From assembly GCA_964637955.1 (NCBI GenBank), contig CAZWXQ010000005.1, positions 18,993 to 82,992 of the forward strand: a DNA stretch of 64,000 nucleotides, given 5' to 3'. The DNA comes from an uncultured Gammaproteobacteria bacterium (GTDB lineage Bacteria > Patescibacteriota > Microgenomatia > Levybacterales > UBA12049). Positions 26,732 through 36,016 of the stretch are shown piece by piece (positions within the stretch are counted from its first letter, which is position 1; the number at the start of each line of letters is the position of its first letter). Under the pieces are notes generated by a model. It made no database searches. It was not told the origin of the DNA and saw only the letters and a list, made by a program, of their open reading frames with translations. Both the position numbers and the translations under genes were made by a program.

Positions 26732-28140
26732 TTAGTTTCTTAAAAAAATATTGGCAAGAGATATGCTTAGTACTTGCTTCAATTACTTATTTTTTTTATT
26801 TTTCAATCGCAAGCATTCTTAAATATAATAATTTCTACACAGGTCGATTTGACTTGGGAAACATGACCCAAACTGTCTGGAATACAAAACATGGAGACTT
26901 CTTCATGCTCACAAATCCCAATGGCACTAATGAAGTTAGCAGATTAGCATTTCATGCAGATTTTATCTTGGCTTTTTTTGCTCCGTTTTATTTTCTTTGG
27001 GAAGATCCAAGGCTTTTACTTATTATTCAATCAGGAATCTTGGCATTAGGGGGAATTTTTGTTTTCCTAATTGCAAACGAAGTTTTAAAAAATAAAACAA
27101 TCTCACTTGTTCTTTCAATTTGTTTTTTCCTAAATCCGGCAGTAAATTACACAAATCTTTTTGATTTCCATTCTGTAACTTTAGCAACAACATTTCTCTT
27201 GGCTGCGTTTTATTTCATCCTTAAAAAGAAATGGTTCTTAGTTGTTTTATTTTTATTTCTCGCAGGAATCACAAAAGAACAAGTTTGGGGAATAACATTT
27301 ATATTTGGCCTTTATCTTATTTTTATAAGCAAACAAAAACTATTAGGCATAGTTATTTCAATTCTTTCGCTTTCAACTTTTTATATTTTATTCTGGCATG
27401 CAATTCCATACGCAGCCAAAGATCAACACTTTGCACTCGAATTTTATTCTGATTACGGAAATTCACCGGGAGAAATTATAAAAAATATATTACTAAATCC
27501 TATCGAAGCCACTAAAACGCTAATTCATCCAGACAGAATAATTTATCTTAAACAATTATTTATTCCTCTTGGATACTTATCAATATTTTTCTTTCCATTT
27601 CTAATTTTCGCTTCTCCTGATTTATTTATAAATCTGATGAGCGCCTCTCCTCAAATGCACCAAATATATTATCAATACTCATCTACTGTGACTCCTTTTA
27701 TTTTTATTGCTGCGATTTATGGAATTAGATTTTTAATTAAGAAAATTCCTGAAATATCATTTAATCTAATTTCAGTTTCAGTTTTAATTTTTTCATTAAC
27801 CTCAGCATATAATTATGGTCCACTTATCTTTGCCAAAAAACCAAATGACTCCTGGTACAAAAAACCGCTTGCAAACAAGCAGATAGTAAATAATTATCTA
27901 AATTCAATTTCCCAAGATGTAAAAATCTCTGCATCAAATGATTTAGGCTCACACTTATCTCACAGAAAAGATATTTACGTTATGCCACTTGGTCTTGAAA
28001 AAGCTGACCTAGCAATGCTTCTCATGCATAACTCAAATGATCAAGAAAGGCAAAATCTTGAAGAAATGAAAGTTAACCCAAATTTTACTCTTGTTTTTAA
28101 CGACGGAGAATTTTATGTGTTTAAAAGAATTACTCCTTAA
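26692..28140 (+). CDS. DUF2079-family integral membrane protein (putative envelope glycan/lipid-modifying enzyme)
   Basis: YNNFYTGRFDLGNMTQTVWNT...SRLAFHADFILAFFAPFY matches DUF2079 N-terminal signature; start could be ATG 26707. Confidence 0.5.
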   Translation: MFYFFMEKESNKIISFLKKYWQEICLVLASITYFFYFSIASILKYNNFYTGRFDLGNMTQTVWNTKHGDFFMLTNPNGTNEVSRLAFHADFILAFFAPFYFLWEDPRLLLIIQSGILALGGIFVFLIANEVLKNKTISLVLSICFFLNPAVNYTNLFDFHSVTLATTFLLAAFYFILKKKWFLVVLFLFLAGITKEQVWGITFIFGLYLIFISKQKLLGIVISILSLSTFYILFWHAIPYAAKDQHFALEFYSDYGNSPGEIIKNILLNPIEATKTLIHPDRIIYLKQLFIPLGYLSIFFFPFLIFASPDLFINLMSASPQMHQIYYQYSSTVTPFIFIAAIYGIRFLIKKIPEISFNLISVSVLIFSLTSAYNYGPLIFAKKPNDSWYKKPLANKQIVNNYLNSISQDVKISASNDLGSHLSHRKDIYVMPLGLEKADLAMLLMHNSNDQERQNLEEMKVNPNFTLVFNDGEFYVFKRITP

Positions 28141-28154
28141 TATATTATTAATTA

Positions 28155-28964
28155 ATGATAAATGTTATAAAAGCTGATGGAAATCTAGAGCCATTCAGTG
28201 AAGAAAAGGTAATTGACTCAATAAGACGCGCAGGAATTCCCAAATCTATAGAATCACAAGTCTTGAGCCACATTCAAGGAAGACTTTATGAAAATATTCC
28301 TACTTCTGAAATCTATAGACATATTGAAGAATTTTTAGCCAATACTCATAACGATTATCCAAGAAGTAAATATTCTTTAAAAAAAGCAATTATGGAACTT
28401 GGGCCAACTGGCTTTCCATTTGAGATGTTCATTTCTTATTACCTTAAAGCTGAAGGTTATAAAACGGAGGTAGGTCAAATTCTTTTAGGCAAATGTGTAA
28501 AACACGAAGTGGATGTAATTGCTTCAAAGGGTAACGAGAAGATTATGGTAGAGTGTAAATTTCACAATAGACTTGGCGTCAGGTCTGATCTTCATGTAGC
28601 GCTCTACACAAAAGCACGCTTTGACGACCTTAAAGAAAAACATGGATTCACAAAAGCTATGATCGTAACAAATACTAAAGTCACTCTAGATGCTCTTGCA
28701 TATGCTAACTGTGAAAACGTAAAAGTCCTTTCATGGAGCTATCCAGATCGTGAAAGCTTAAGAGATCTGGCTGAAAAACATAAACTTTACCCTATTACTC
28801 AACTTTCGTTTTTGTCTCTTAATCAAAAACAGGAACTTTTGGCTCGTGACGTAGTTCTTATTAGCCAGATCTGTAAAAATCCTGCGGTTCTTAATCAAAC
28901 CTCAATTCCTGAAGACAAAAAAAGAGAAGTTATTAAAGAGGCAAACGAAATCTGCACACTATAA
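28155..28964 (+). CDS. ATP-cone domain fused to Mrr-like (PD-(D/E)xK) restriction-endonuclease domain
   Basis: N-terminal MINVIKADGNLEPFSEEKVIDSIRRAG... (ATP-cone as in NrdR/RNR); C-terminal FEMFISYYLKAEGYKTEVGQ..HEVDVIASKGNEKIMVECKFHN (D..ExK nuclease core). Confidence 0.6.
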   Translation: MINVIKADGNLEPFSEEKVIDSIRRAGIPKSIESQVLSHIQGRLYENIPTSEIYRHIEEFLANTHNDYPRSKYSLKKAIMELGPTGFPFEMFISYYLKAEGYKTEVGQILLGKCVKHEVDVIASKGNEKIMVECKFHNRLGVRSDLHVALYTKARFDDLKEKHGFTKAMIVTNTKVTLDALAYANCENVKVLSWSYPDRESLRDLAEKHKLYPITQLSFLSLNQKQELLARDVVLISQICKNPAVLNQTSIPEDKKREVIKEANEICTL

Positions 28965-29531
28965 ATCGTTCGGGAATCTTCTAGTTAAATTGGCAACATT
29001 TGCTATTCCTTCAAAAGTCATCTGTAATATATCTTGATCATTTAATGAACCTAATCCTTGAGCCTGAAGGCCAATATATCTATAAAAAGCTTGGGTTTTA
29101 ATGTAATCTTCTCTTGGTAAACCATTTATGCTATCAAGACCTAAATCTCTATCTATTTCATAAGCTCTCATAAATGCGGCTTTTCGACTCGTAGGCTCAA
29201 TGTATTTAAGATGTTTTCCGGAGGAACCAAAAAAATATTCAGAGCCGACCATCATTAATGGATAATATTCTCCTTTATAGATATTTCCAATTGTTAGTCC
29301 TTCAAGGGTTTTAAGAAATTGCTCTTTTAGCATAAACAAATCCCTCAACTCTTCTTGTGTAGGAACAAGAACTTCTATAGTTTGGTCTTCATTTTCTCCT
29401 ACTATTTGATGCATCAAAAAATTATAACCCAAAGAATGAGCTGCGGTATAAAATAAATGTGAAGGCATAAGAGGGCTTGACCTATATTTATCAAGCCTAA
29501 GCCCTGGCAATTGCCCTTCTGCCTCTATCAT
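28959..29531 (-). CDS. hypothetical protein (190 aa) co-oriented immediately downstream of dinB
   Basis: 10-nt gap to dinB stop; no motif recognised. Confidence 0.4.
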   Translation of the reverse strand: MIEAEGQLPGLRLDKYRSSPLMPSHLFYTAAHSLGYNFLMHQIVGENEDQTIEVLVPTQEELRDLFMLKEQFLKTLEGLTIGNIYKGEYYPLMMVGSEYFFGSSGKHLKYIEPTSRKAAFMRAYEIDRDLGLDSINGLPREDYIKTQAFYRYIGLQAQGLGSLNDQDILQMTFEGIANVANLTRRFPNDL

Positions 29532-29540
29532 GATGTAGGA

Positions 29541-30794
29541 TTATACCACGCTTCCGACCAATTTCTGTCTTTCAAATTTATCAGCCATATAACCATTTGG
29601 CACAGTTTTTAGATTTGGGCCGTTTAATACAAAGCCATTCCGAATAGTGTGATCACCAAACTTTTCATTTATATGGTCTATCACATTTTGTATTTTGTTG
29701 TTTTTTGGCTGATCAAAAAGAGAGAGAGTAACGCTGCCCGAATCTTCAAGATTTCCTGTCCAAATACTAATTTGTCGAACCATTGACTGACTTCCTGGAA
29801 GCTTTGCCAAGCCCCACTCATCATATAAAAGTTTACAAATCCTAAATATATCCACTCCTTGATCGATATAAGCAGTCGTGGTCTTTCTACCGTGATATGT
29901 ATTTTCTCCCCCAAGATAAAATCCGACCGTTCTTGCTTTTTTATTTATTCTTCGAAGCTTTATTCCTACTTCTTCACATAATTCAAATACATTTTGAAGA
30001 ATCACATGCTGATCATATTCATTTTTTGGCATACAATAATTCCTGCCAACTGATTTTGTTTCACTTGGTATGTAGTAGGGAATAACTTCACGATCATCTT
30101 TGGCAAGCCCTAAATTTTTAAGAAAGTGCCCCTCTACATCTTTAAACTCATATATTAAAACGTCAAGACTAGCTGCCCTAAGCTGAAGGGGAGTATATAT
30201 GCCAATTTTATTAAGTCTTTTTTCAATTCTCTCTCCAATTCCACAAAAATCAGTAAGCTTAGTCTTGGAATATACTTTCTCCACTTCCTCTGGATTAATC
30301 TCTACGAATCCATTTGGCTTATCCATCCCTGAAGCAAGCTTCGCAAGAAGCTTATTATGACTAAGTCCTACCGACACCGTAACGTACTCTCCAATTTCAT
30401 CATTTATTCTAGTCTTAATTTTTTCAATTAACTTATACCTGTCCCCGAATAAATTTTCAGTTGCTGTAATATCCATAAAAACTTCATCAAGAGAAAATAG
30501 CTCAACATATGGCGAATAATCTTTACATATATTTAAAAACTTTTGAGTAAGTTCCCAGTATCTCTCAAAACTCGCTCTTACGGTAATAATCTGGGGACAA
30601 AGCTTTTGAGCCTCCCAAACCCGTGTCACAGATTTTACTCCCATCTTTTTAGCTTCTCTTGAAGCAGCAATAATACAAGTTCTTCCATTTGCAGCAGTAA
30701 CTCCAATAGGTTTTCCACGAAGAAGGGGATTAAACTGCTGTTCACAAGAAGCAAAATATGAATCAAAATCTATATGTAAAATTACACGTTTCAT
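29541..30794 (-). CDS. dinB: Y-family DNA polymerase IV (DinB/UmuC family)
   Basis: HIDFDSYFASCEQ (catalytic DxD), ...PIGVTAANGRTCIIAASREAKKMGV..., SLDEVFMDIT, little-finger domain. Confidence 0.85.
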   Translation of the reverse strand: MKRVILHIDFDSYFASCEQQFNPLLRGKPIGVTAANGRTCIIAASREAKKMGVKSVTRVWEAQKLCPQIITVRASFERYWELTQKFLNICKDYSPYVELFSLDEVFMDITATENLFGDRYKLIEKIKTRINDEIGEYVTVSVGLSHNKLLAKLASGMDKPNGFVEINPEEVEKVYSKTKLTDFCGIGERIEKRLNKIGIYTPLQLRAASLDVLIYEFKDVEGHFLKNLGLAKDDREVIPYYIPSETKSVGRNYCMPKNEYDQHVILQNVFELCEEVGIKLRRINKKARTVGFYLGGENTYHGRKTTTAYIDQGVDIFRICKLLYDEWGLAKLPGSQSMVRQISIWTGNLEDSGSVTLSLFDQPKNNKIQNVIDHINEKFGDHTIRNGFVLNGPNLKTVPNGYMADKFERQKLVGSVV

Positions 30795-31042
30795 AAGCTA
30801 ATTTTTAAAATTTAATATTTAGATTTTATTGAAAATTTTAAATTGAAAATTTCATGCTAGTATCCAGAACAAATACATTCGGAGAATCTTTTCGGGGAAT
30901 TTTAAAAGTTTTAAATTTAAACTTTTGGGCAGCATTAGAATAATATACGTGAATAATACTAGAATGTAAATAGAATAAAACACGAACATATTAGAACCAA
31001 AATAGATCATTTTTAAAAATCCAAAATATATATAATAAATTC

Positions 31043-32617
31043 ATGAAGAAAGTAAAAATGCTTATACTACAAAACAAACTTCTTATTCTCCTGCTTCTTA
31101 CTTACTCGTTTTTATTTACATTTTTTATTTATTTCTACTATCAAAGGCTGGGGGCTTTTGGGTGCTTCGATGACTGTTTTTATTATATGGGTGGATATTT
31201 TCTTCTCAAAGGAGAAAGAATTTATACTGACTTTTTCTTTAACCACAGTTTTTTAGTGCCAGTTATTAGTTTTCTAATCCAAAAAATCACTCACCCCACA
31301 GAACTTTATACCTTTATCCTTTTTCATAAACTTTTTATATATTTATTTTCATTTTTATTTGGATTAATCCTAATCTTTAGATTCAAAACTCAAGCATTTC
31401 TAACATTAATTTTTTACGAATTAACTAAATTTTTTACATTCGGAGATAGATTCCTCGGAGAAAGCCTAGTAGTTTATCCTGTGCTATATTTACTTGGAAT
31501 TTCCTGGGAAAAAATCCATGCAAAGAAACTTCATAGATTTGACTACTTGTTGTCAGGAATTTTTGTTTACTTTATTATATTCGCAAGAGAACCTTACGTA
31601 CCGTTAGCTTTATTCTTATTTCTAGTAATTCTCTGGGGCAAAAAAGACATTAAGCTTAAAAAATATGCTGTGATAAGCTTCCTTACTCCAGCAATTGTTT
31701 CATTCATTTTAATTTCGCCAAAAGATTTTTTTACTAACGTTTTTACACTTAACAAATCACAAATTGAAACAGAATCATCAAAAAATGGCGGAATCCTAGG
31801 AGTACTCATATATCCCCTGAGAATTTATATTGAAGGCTTTTGGAATCTTTTCAGGCAAATCACCATCTTTTTTATGTCAGCTTTTTTAATTTCAGGTATT
31901 TATTACTCTTTGAAGTTAAGAAGATTGGGGTTTATTATTTTACTTATTGCGCTGAGCCTTGCTGCAGTAAGACCAGAGATTCCTGGCACTATTTTTTACA
32001 AGGCATATCACATGAATATTTGGTATGCAGTCCTATTATTTTCTACATTTTTAGTTATTTTTGAAATATTAAAATTAAAAGCTACTAAATTCAAAATCGT
32101 AATATTATTGCCATTTTTTCTTTTATTTGCATATATATTTACTTCTCCAAACCTGATTATTAATGAAAAAATAAACAAGATTGAAGAATATAATTTTGGC
32201 TATTCTGGATATTATGTTTATGGAAATGCTATTAAAAATTTATCTAGCGACAATGACACGATATTCGTAGAAGAAAAGGATGAATTAATTAATGTACTCT
32301 CAAATCTAAAATCTTCTTATAAATATAATGGATATACCTCTTTTATGCCTTTGATTGATGTGTATAGAGATGAAAGACTTAATATGTTTAAGAATGCTCC
32401 TCCAGATTTTTACTATGACGCCTGCTATCAACTTGATAAAACACACAGAGCTTATACTCCAAACATTGAAAAAAACTTTACAAGAATATATATATTCAAT
32501 AAACCATCCTGTTTACTTATTAACAACAAAAAAATTAACAATATAACTGATGAGAAATGGAAGAAAATTAAAAACTTAGGCTTTCAAAAGCCTGAAAAAA
32601 CTAAACAGCAATATTAA
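31043..32617 (+). CDS. large polytopic membrane protein, possibly GT-C-type glycosyltransferase
   Basis: 524 aa, about 12 TM, extracellular C-terminal domain; family tentative. Confidence 0.35.
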   Translation: MKKVKMLILQNKLLILLLLTYSFLFTFFIYFYYQRLGAFGCFDDCFYYMGGYFLLKGERIYTDFFFNHSFLVPVISFLIQKITHPTELYTFILFHKLFIYLFSFLFGLILIFRFKTQAFLTLIFYELTKFFTFGDRFLGESLVVYPVLYLLGISWEKIHAKKLHRFDYLLSGIFVYFIIFAREPYVPLALFLFLVILWGKKDIKLKKYAVISFLTPAIVSFILISPKDFFTNVFTLNKSQIETESSKNGGILGVLIYPLRIYIEGFWNLFRQITIFFMSAFLISGIYYSLKLRRLGFIILLIALSLAAVRPEIPGTIFYKAYHMNIWYAVLLFSTFLVIFEILKLKATKFKIVILLPFFLLFAYIFTSPNLIINEKINKIEEYNFGYSGYYVYGNAIKNLSSDNDTIFVEEKDELINVLSNLKSSYKYNGYTSFMPLIDVYRDERLNMFKNAPPDFYYDACYQLDKTHRAYTPNIEKNFTRIYIFNKPSCLLINNKKINNITDEKWKKIKNLGFQKPEKTKQQY

Positions 32618-32800
32618 AATAACCCAAAATAATATTAAATATAAGCCTTGGACCTTTAAATACAACCGTAAATAAAATTAATAAACCAATGAGCCCCACA
32701 GCTATCATCAAGAGCTCAAACAAATGCTCTTTAGTTTTCTCATCCATAATTAAATATTAACATAAAACTTTAGAGATTATGAGCAAAATTGCTTGACTCT

Positions 32801-32848
32801 TAAATTTGCAAAGATATATCAATCTGGTACAATTTTTATAAGACCTGC
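32801..32848 (+). promoter_or_regulatory. promoter module TTGCAA-N16-TGgTACAAT (second copy of 25041..25088)
   Basis: taaatttgcaaagatatatcaatctggtacaatttttataagacctgcc; -10 ends 17 nt before ATG 32850. Confidence 0.45.
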
Positions 32849-32849
32849 C

Positions 32850-33719
32850 ATGAAACAAAATAATAATTACAAGTTCCTCGCAGACAAATGGACGACTAAG
32901 CATCAAGATCTCTCAAAACAAATTGCTAAAAAACACAAGAAATCTTTCTCTTGGTTATCTGAAAATTCTAAGCAACTGGCAGTTGGTTCTTTAAGTGGCC
33001 TTTTACTTCTTACAGCACCTATTAAAGCCCCTACACAAGGCGCTATCGCAAGCGAGCAAGCTCAAAAAATTGATAATAAAACTTTTCTCATTGCAGACCT
33101 GGCAGGAAGCGTTCCCGACGAAGTTAGACCTCTGACCCAAGATGAAGAAACAAAGATAGGCGAATTATTAACAAGAAGCTACGGAATAAATGCGGCAGCA
33201 CAGCTTGATGGAAAAAGACTTAATAGAAGCTATGGCCTAATTGGAGCAGAACAACATTTGGCAAGATATCCGGGAGACACAATAGGTAGTCATTTTGATG
33301 GAAACATGGAAGATGATTCGAAATATCACTCTTCAGGTATGGCTCCTGGACTTGGAGCTTGGGGATATTTTGCCACTTCAAGAGCTGCAATGACGAAGGA
33401 AGATGATATGAGAGAAAAATACTATTTAGCAGTTCAAACTTTCCTTATACCGGACTATAACGAAAGAGTTGGCGAATATAGAGATTTTTTTAGATTTAGA
33501 AAAATGCTAGTAGTAAATCCTCAAAACGGAAAAGCCGTCGTTGCGGTAATTGGAGACTCAGGACCAGCTGAGTGGACAGGAAAACATCTAGGAGGCTCTC
33601 CTGAGGTCATGAAGCACTTGGAAAGAGTAGATGGACGTTCCCGTGGGCCTGTACTATACTTTTTCATAGATGATCCAAATGATGAAGTCCCTTTAGGACC
33701 AATTGAACCAAAACCATAA
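32850..33719 (+). CDS. membrane-anchored secreted protein (290 aa), unknown function
   Basis: Basic N-terminus, TM LAVGSLSGLLLLTAPI, extracellular domain; start moved to MKQNNNY downstream of promoter. Confidence 0.5.
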   Translation: MKQNNNYKFLADKWTTKHQDLSKQIAKKHKKSFSWLSENSKQLAVGSLSGLLLLTAPIKAPTQGAIASEQAQKIDNKTFLIADLAGSVPDEVRPLTQDEETKIGELLTRSYGINAAAQLDGKRLNRSYGLIGAEQHLARYPGDTIGSHFDGNMEDDSKYHSSGMAPGLGAWGYFATSRAAMTKEDDMREKYYLAVQTFLIPDYNERVGEYRDFFRFRKMLVVNPQNGKAVVAVIGDSGPAEWTGKHLGGSPEVMKHLERVDGRSRGPVLYFFIDDPNDEVPLGPIEPKP

Positions 33720-33720
33720 T

Positions 33721-34047
33721 ATGAAAAAATATTTTTATCATAGCGTAGTTGAAACATCTTCCATAAGCCTTGCCATAGCTGATATGGATATGAGTAAGGA
33801 TGAAAGAAAGCATCTTATTTCCCTTGTGGAAGAAAACCTTCATCATGCAATTTTAGATTCTGTTCTTTCTGAATTATCAGATAAAGATAAACAAGAATTT
33901 GTAGAGCTTTTTGCAGAAGGAAAAGACGAAGAAGTTTGGAAACTTCTTAAAGACAGAACAGATAACATTGAAGATAAAATTAAAAAAACAGCGGATGATT
34001 TAAAGAAAGAGCTTCACAGGGATATTGAAGACAGTAAGAAGAAATAA
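33721..34047 (+). CDS. small acidic hypothetical protein
   Basis: 108 aa, K/E/D-rich, coupled to downstream gene (shared ATGA-like junction at 34047). Confidence 0.35.
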   Translation: MKKYFYHSVVETSSISLAIADMDMSKDERKHLISLVEENLHHAILDSVLSELSDKDKQEFVELFAEGKDEEVWKLLKDRTDNIEDKIKKTADDLKKELHRDIEDSKKK

Positions 34048-35246
34048 TGGTTTCAAAACTAACTGCCAAAATTCACAAAATTCATCCGGGAATTGTTCCT
34101 GTCTCTGCTGTGGTCATTGGAATTACTGCAATATTTATTTTCGGCTTTGCTGCAAATAATTACATCAAGAGTTCAAATTATCAGATAAACAGACTAAATG
34201 AAGCTAATAAAAAGATAAATAAAGAGCTCAAAGATTTTAAAAGCACTGATCAAGTCAAAAGAAATGACGAATTAGAAACAAACATTAAAAACATAGAAAA
34301 AACGTATTCAGAGAGTACAAAAGTATATGAAAATATCATTAATATGCGTGATCAAAAAAGAGATACAAAAGAATATGAAAAACTGTTTGTAGTAGCTCTT
34401 GGACAATTATCAAAGCGTGAATATTCTTCAGCTTCATCCACTCTTACTCAAATCAACAAAACAATCGAAGCAGATAATGCAAAAATTGCCGCTGCCAAGA
34501 CATTTTCAAATGCAGTAGGTGATATTTCAAATGTGGCCGTAAATAACTCAGCACCAGGATCTGGATTTAGTAGGCAAAAAGTTCATACAGATTTTGGAGA
34601 TTTTCTTGTAGATATAGTCGCTGCTGATCTGGGATCGACTAGAGTAGTAGTTGACACTGCTTCTGATTCAGATTGCCGTGACAATTGCCCAGCTATGGCG
34701 CTTGGAGATTATGTAGGGCGAAGTGGAGCATATGCTGGCATTAATGGATCTTATTTTTGCCCGGCTACGTATCCATCTTGCGCAGGAAAAACAAATTCAT
34801 TTGATACTCTACTCATGAATAAAAATAAACATTATTTTAATTCTGACAATAATGTTTATTCGACAGTTCCAGCCGTTATTTTTCAAGGCGGTAGTGTCCG
34901 GTATGTTGGACAAAGCCTTGAATGGGGAAGAGATACAGGAGTAGATGGAGTAATTGCAAATCAGCCACTTTTGGTTTCAGGAGGAAACGTAGTCTTCGGT
35001 GGGGACGATGAAGTAAAAAGAGCTGGAGCAGGGAGCAGAAGTTTTGTTGGCTCCTCAGGTTCAACTGTTTACATCGGAGTTGTGCACGGCGTAAATGCAG
35101 CTCAAATGGCAAGAGTCTTAAAAACAATGGGAATACAAAATGCACTTAACCTAGACAGCGGTGGCTCAACTGCCCTCTGGAGCGGTGGATATAAAGTGGG
35201 GCCAGGTAGAGCAATTCCAAACGCTATATTGTTTATTAGAAAATAA
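34047..35246 (+). CDS. membrane-anchored phosphodiester glycosidase family protein (NAGPA/DUF2233-like) with coiled-coil stalk
   Basis: C-terminal GINGSYF ... VGSSGSTVYIGVVHGVNAAQMARVLKTMGIQNALNLDSGGSTALW typical of NAGPA domain. Confidence 0.55.
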   Translation: MVSKLTAKIHKIHPGIVPVSAVVIGITAIFIFGFAANNYIKSSNYQINRLNEANKKINKELKDFKSTDQVKRNDELETNIKNIEKTYSESTKVYENIINMRDQKRDTKEYEKLFVVALGQLSKREYSSASSTLTQINKTIEADNAKIAAAKTFSNAVGDISNVAVNNSAPGSGFSRQKVHTDFGDFLVDIVAADLGSTRVVVDTASDSDCRDNCPAMALGDYVGRSGAYAGINGSYFCPATYPSCAGKTNSFDTLLMNKNKHYFNSDNNVYSTVPAVIFQGGSVRYVGQSLEWGRDTGVDGVIANQPLLVSGGNVVFGGDDEVKRAGAGSRSFVGSSGSTVYIGVVHGVNAAQMARVLKTMGIQNALNLDSGGSTALWSGGYKVGPGRAIPNAILFIRK

Positions 35247-35264
35247 CAGCTAAACTTAACATTA

Positions 35265-35960
35265 ATGAAACTTCCTCTTGGGATTGGTGTATTTACTTTC
35301 ACTCTTACTGCAATTGCAGTTATATTTTTTTTAACATTTATTCCTCAATATCAGAGTCAGCTTATTGATATTACTAAAACTTATCCATTCTTGGCTCCTT
35401 TTGTAATAATTTCATGGAGAATACTTGCAATTATTATTCCTCCACTTCCCGGAGGAGTTTTATCCTTTGCTTTTATTCCGATAATTGGATGGTTTTGGGC
35501 ATATGTTTATAGTGAAATAGGTGTTTTAATCGGCGCTACTTTGGCATTTTATATAGCTAGAAAATTTAGAGAGCCTGTTGCAAAAAGATTTGTTCCCATT
35601 AAGTCTCTTCACGAATGGGAAGAAAAATTGTCGAAAAAGAAAGAATTTTTTGCATTTCTAGGAGTAAGAATTGCGGCTTCATCCATGATGGATTTCGTGA
35701 GTTTTGCCGCAGGACTCAGTAAGCTTAGTTATAAAAAGTTTATATTAGCAACAATAATCGCAGAATTACCTCTTCTTGCTTGGTATTATTTCGGTGAAGT
35801 GGCATACAATCAATACGCACAAAAAAGCGGGATACTTAGTGGAATAATTTTAGTAATTGCAGTAATTGTGATTCTATACTTTGTGATGAATCATGGATAT
35901 TTGAAGAAAAAAACTACAGTCAAACACTTGATAAAAAAAGATGATAGTAAAGAAATGTAA
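35265..35960 (+). CDS. TVP38/TMEM64 (DedA-superfamily) membrane protein
   Basis: PPLPGGVLSFAFIPIIGWFWAYVYSEIGVLIGATLAFYIARKF signature. Confidence 0.65.
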   Translation: MKLPLGIGVFTFTLTAIAVIFFLTFIPQYQSQLIDITKTYPFLAPFVIISWRILAIIIPPLPGGVLSFAFIPIIGWFWAYVYSEIGVLIGATLAFYIARKFREPVAKRFVPIKSLHEWEEKLSKKKEFFAFLGVRIAASSMMDFVSFAAGLSKLSYKKFILATIIAELPLLAWYYFGEVAYNQYAQKSGILSGIILVIAVIVILYFVMNHGYLKKKTTVKHLIKKDDSKEM

Positions 35961-36016
35961 GAAATTCTTCATTTTGCTTGACAATTTTTTCAAATTTTTT
36001 AATATAAAAATGTATT

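Noticed and set aside
30795-31042. SOS/LexA box upstream of dinB (cgaacatattagaac)
   Set aside because: The GAAC half-sites are direct, not inverted (no GAAC-N4-GTTC). Not a credible Cheo box.
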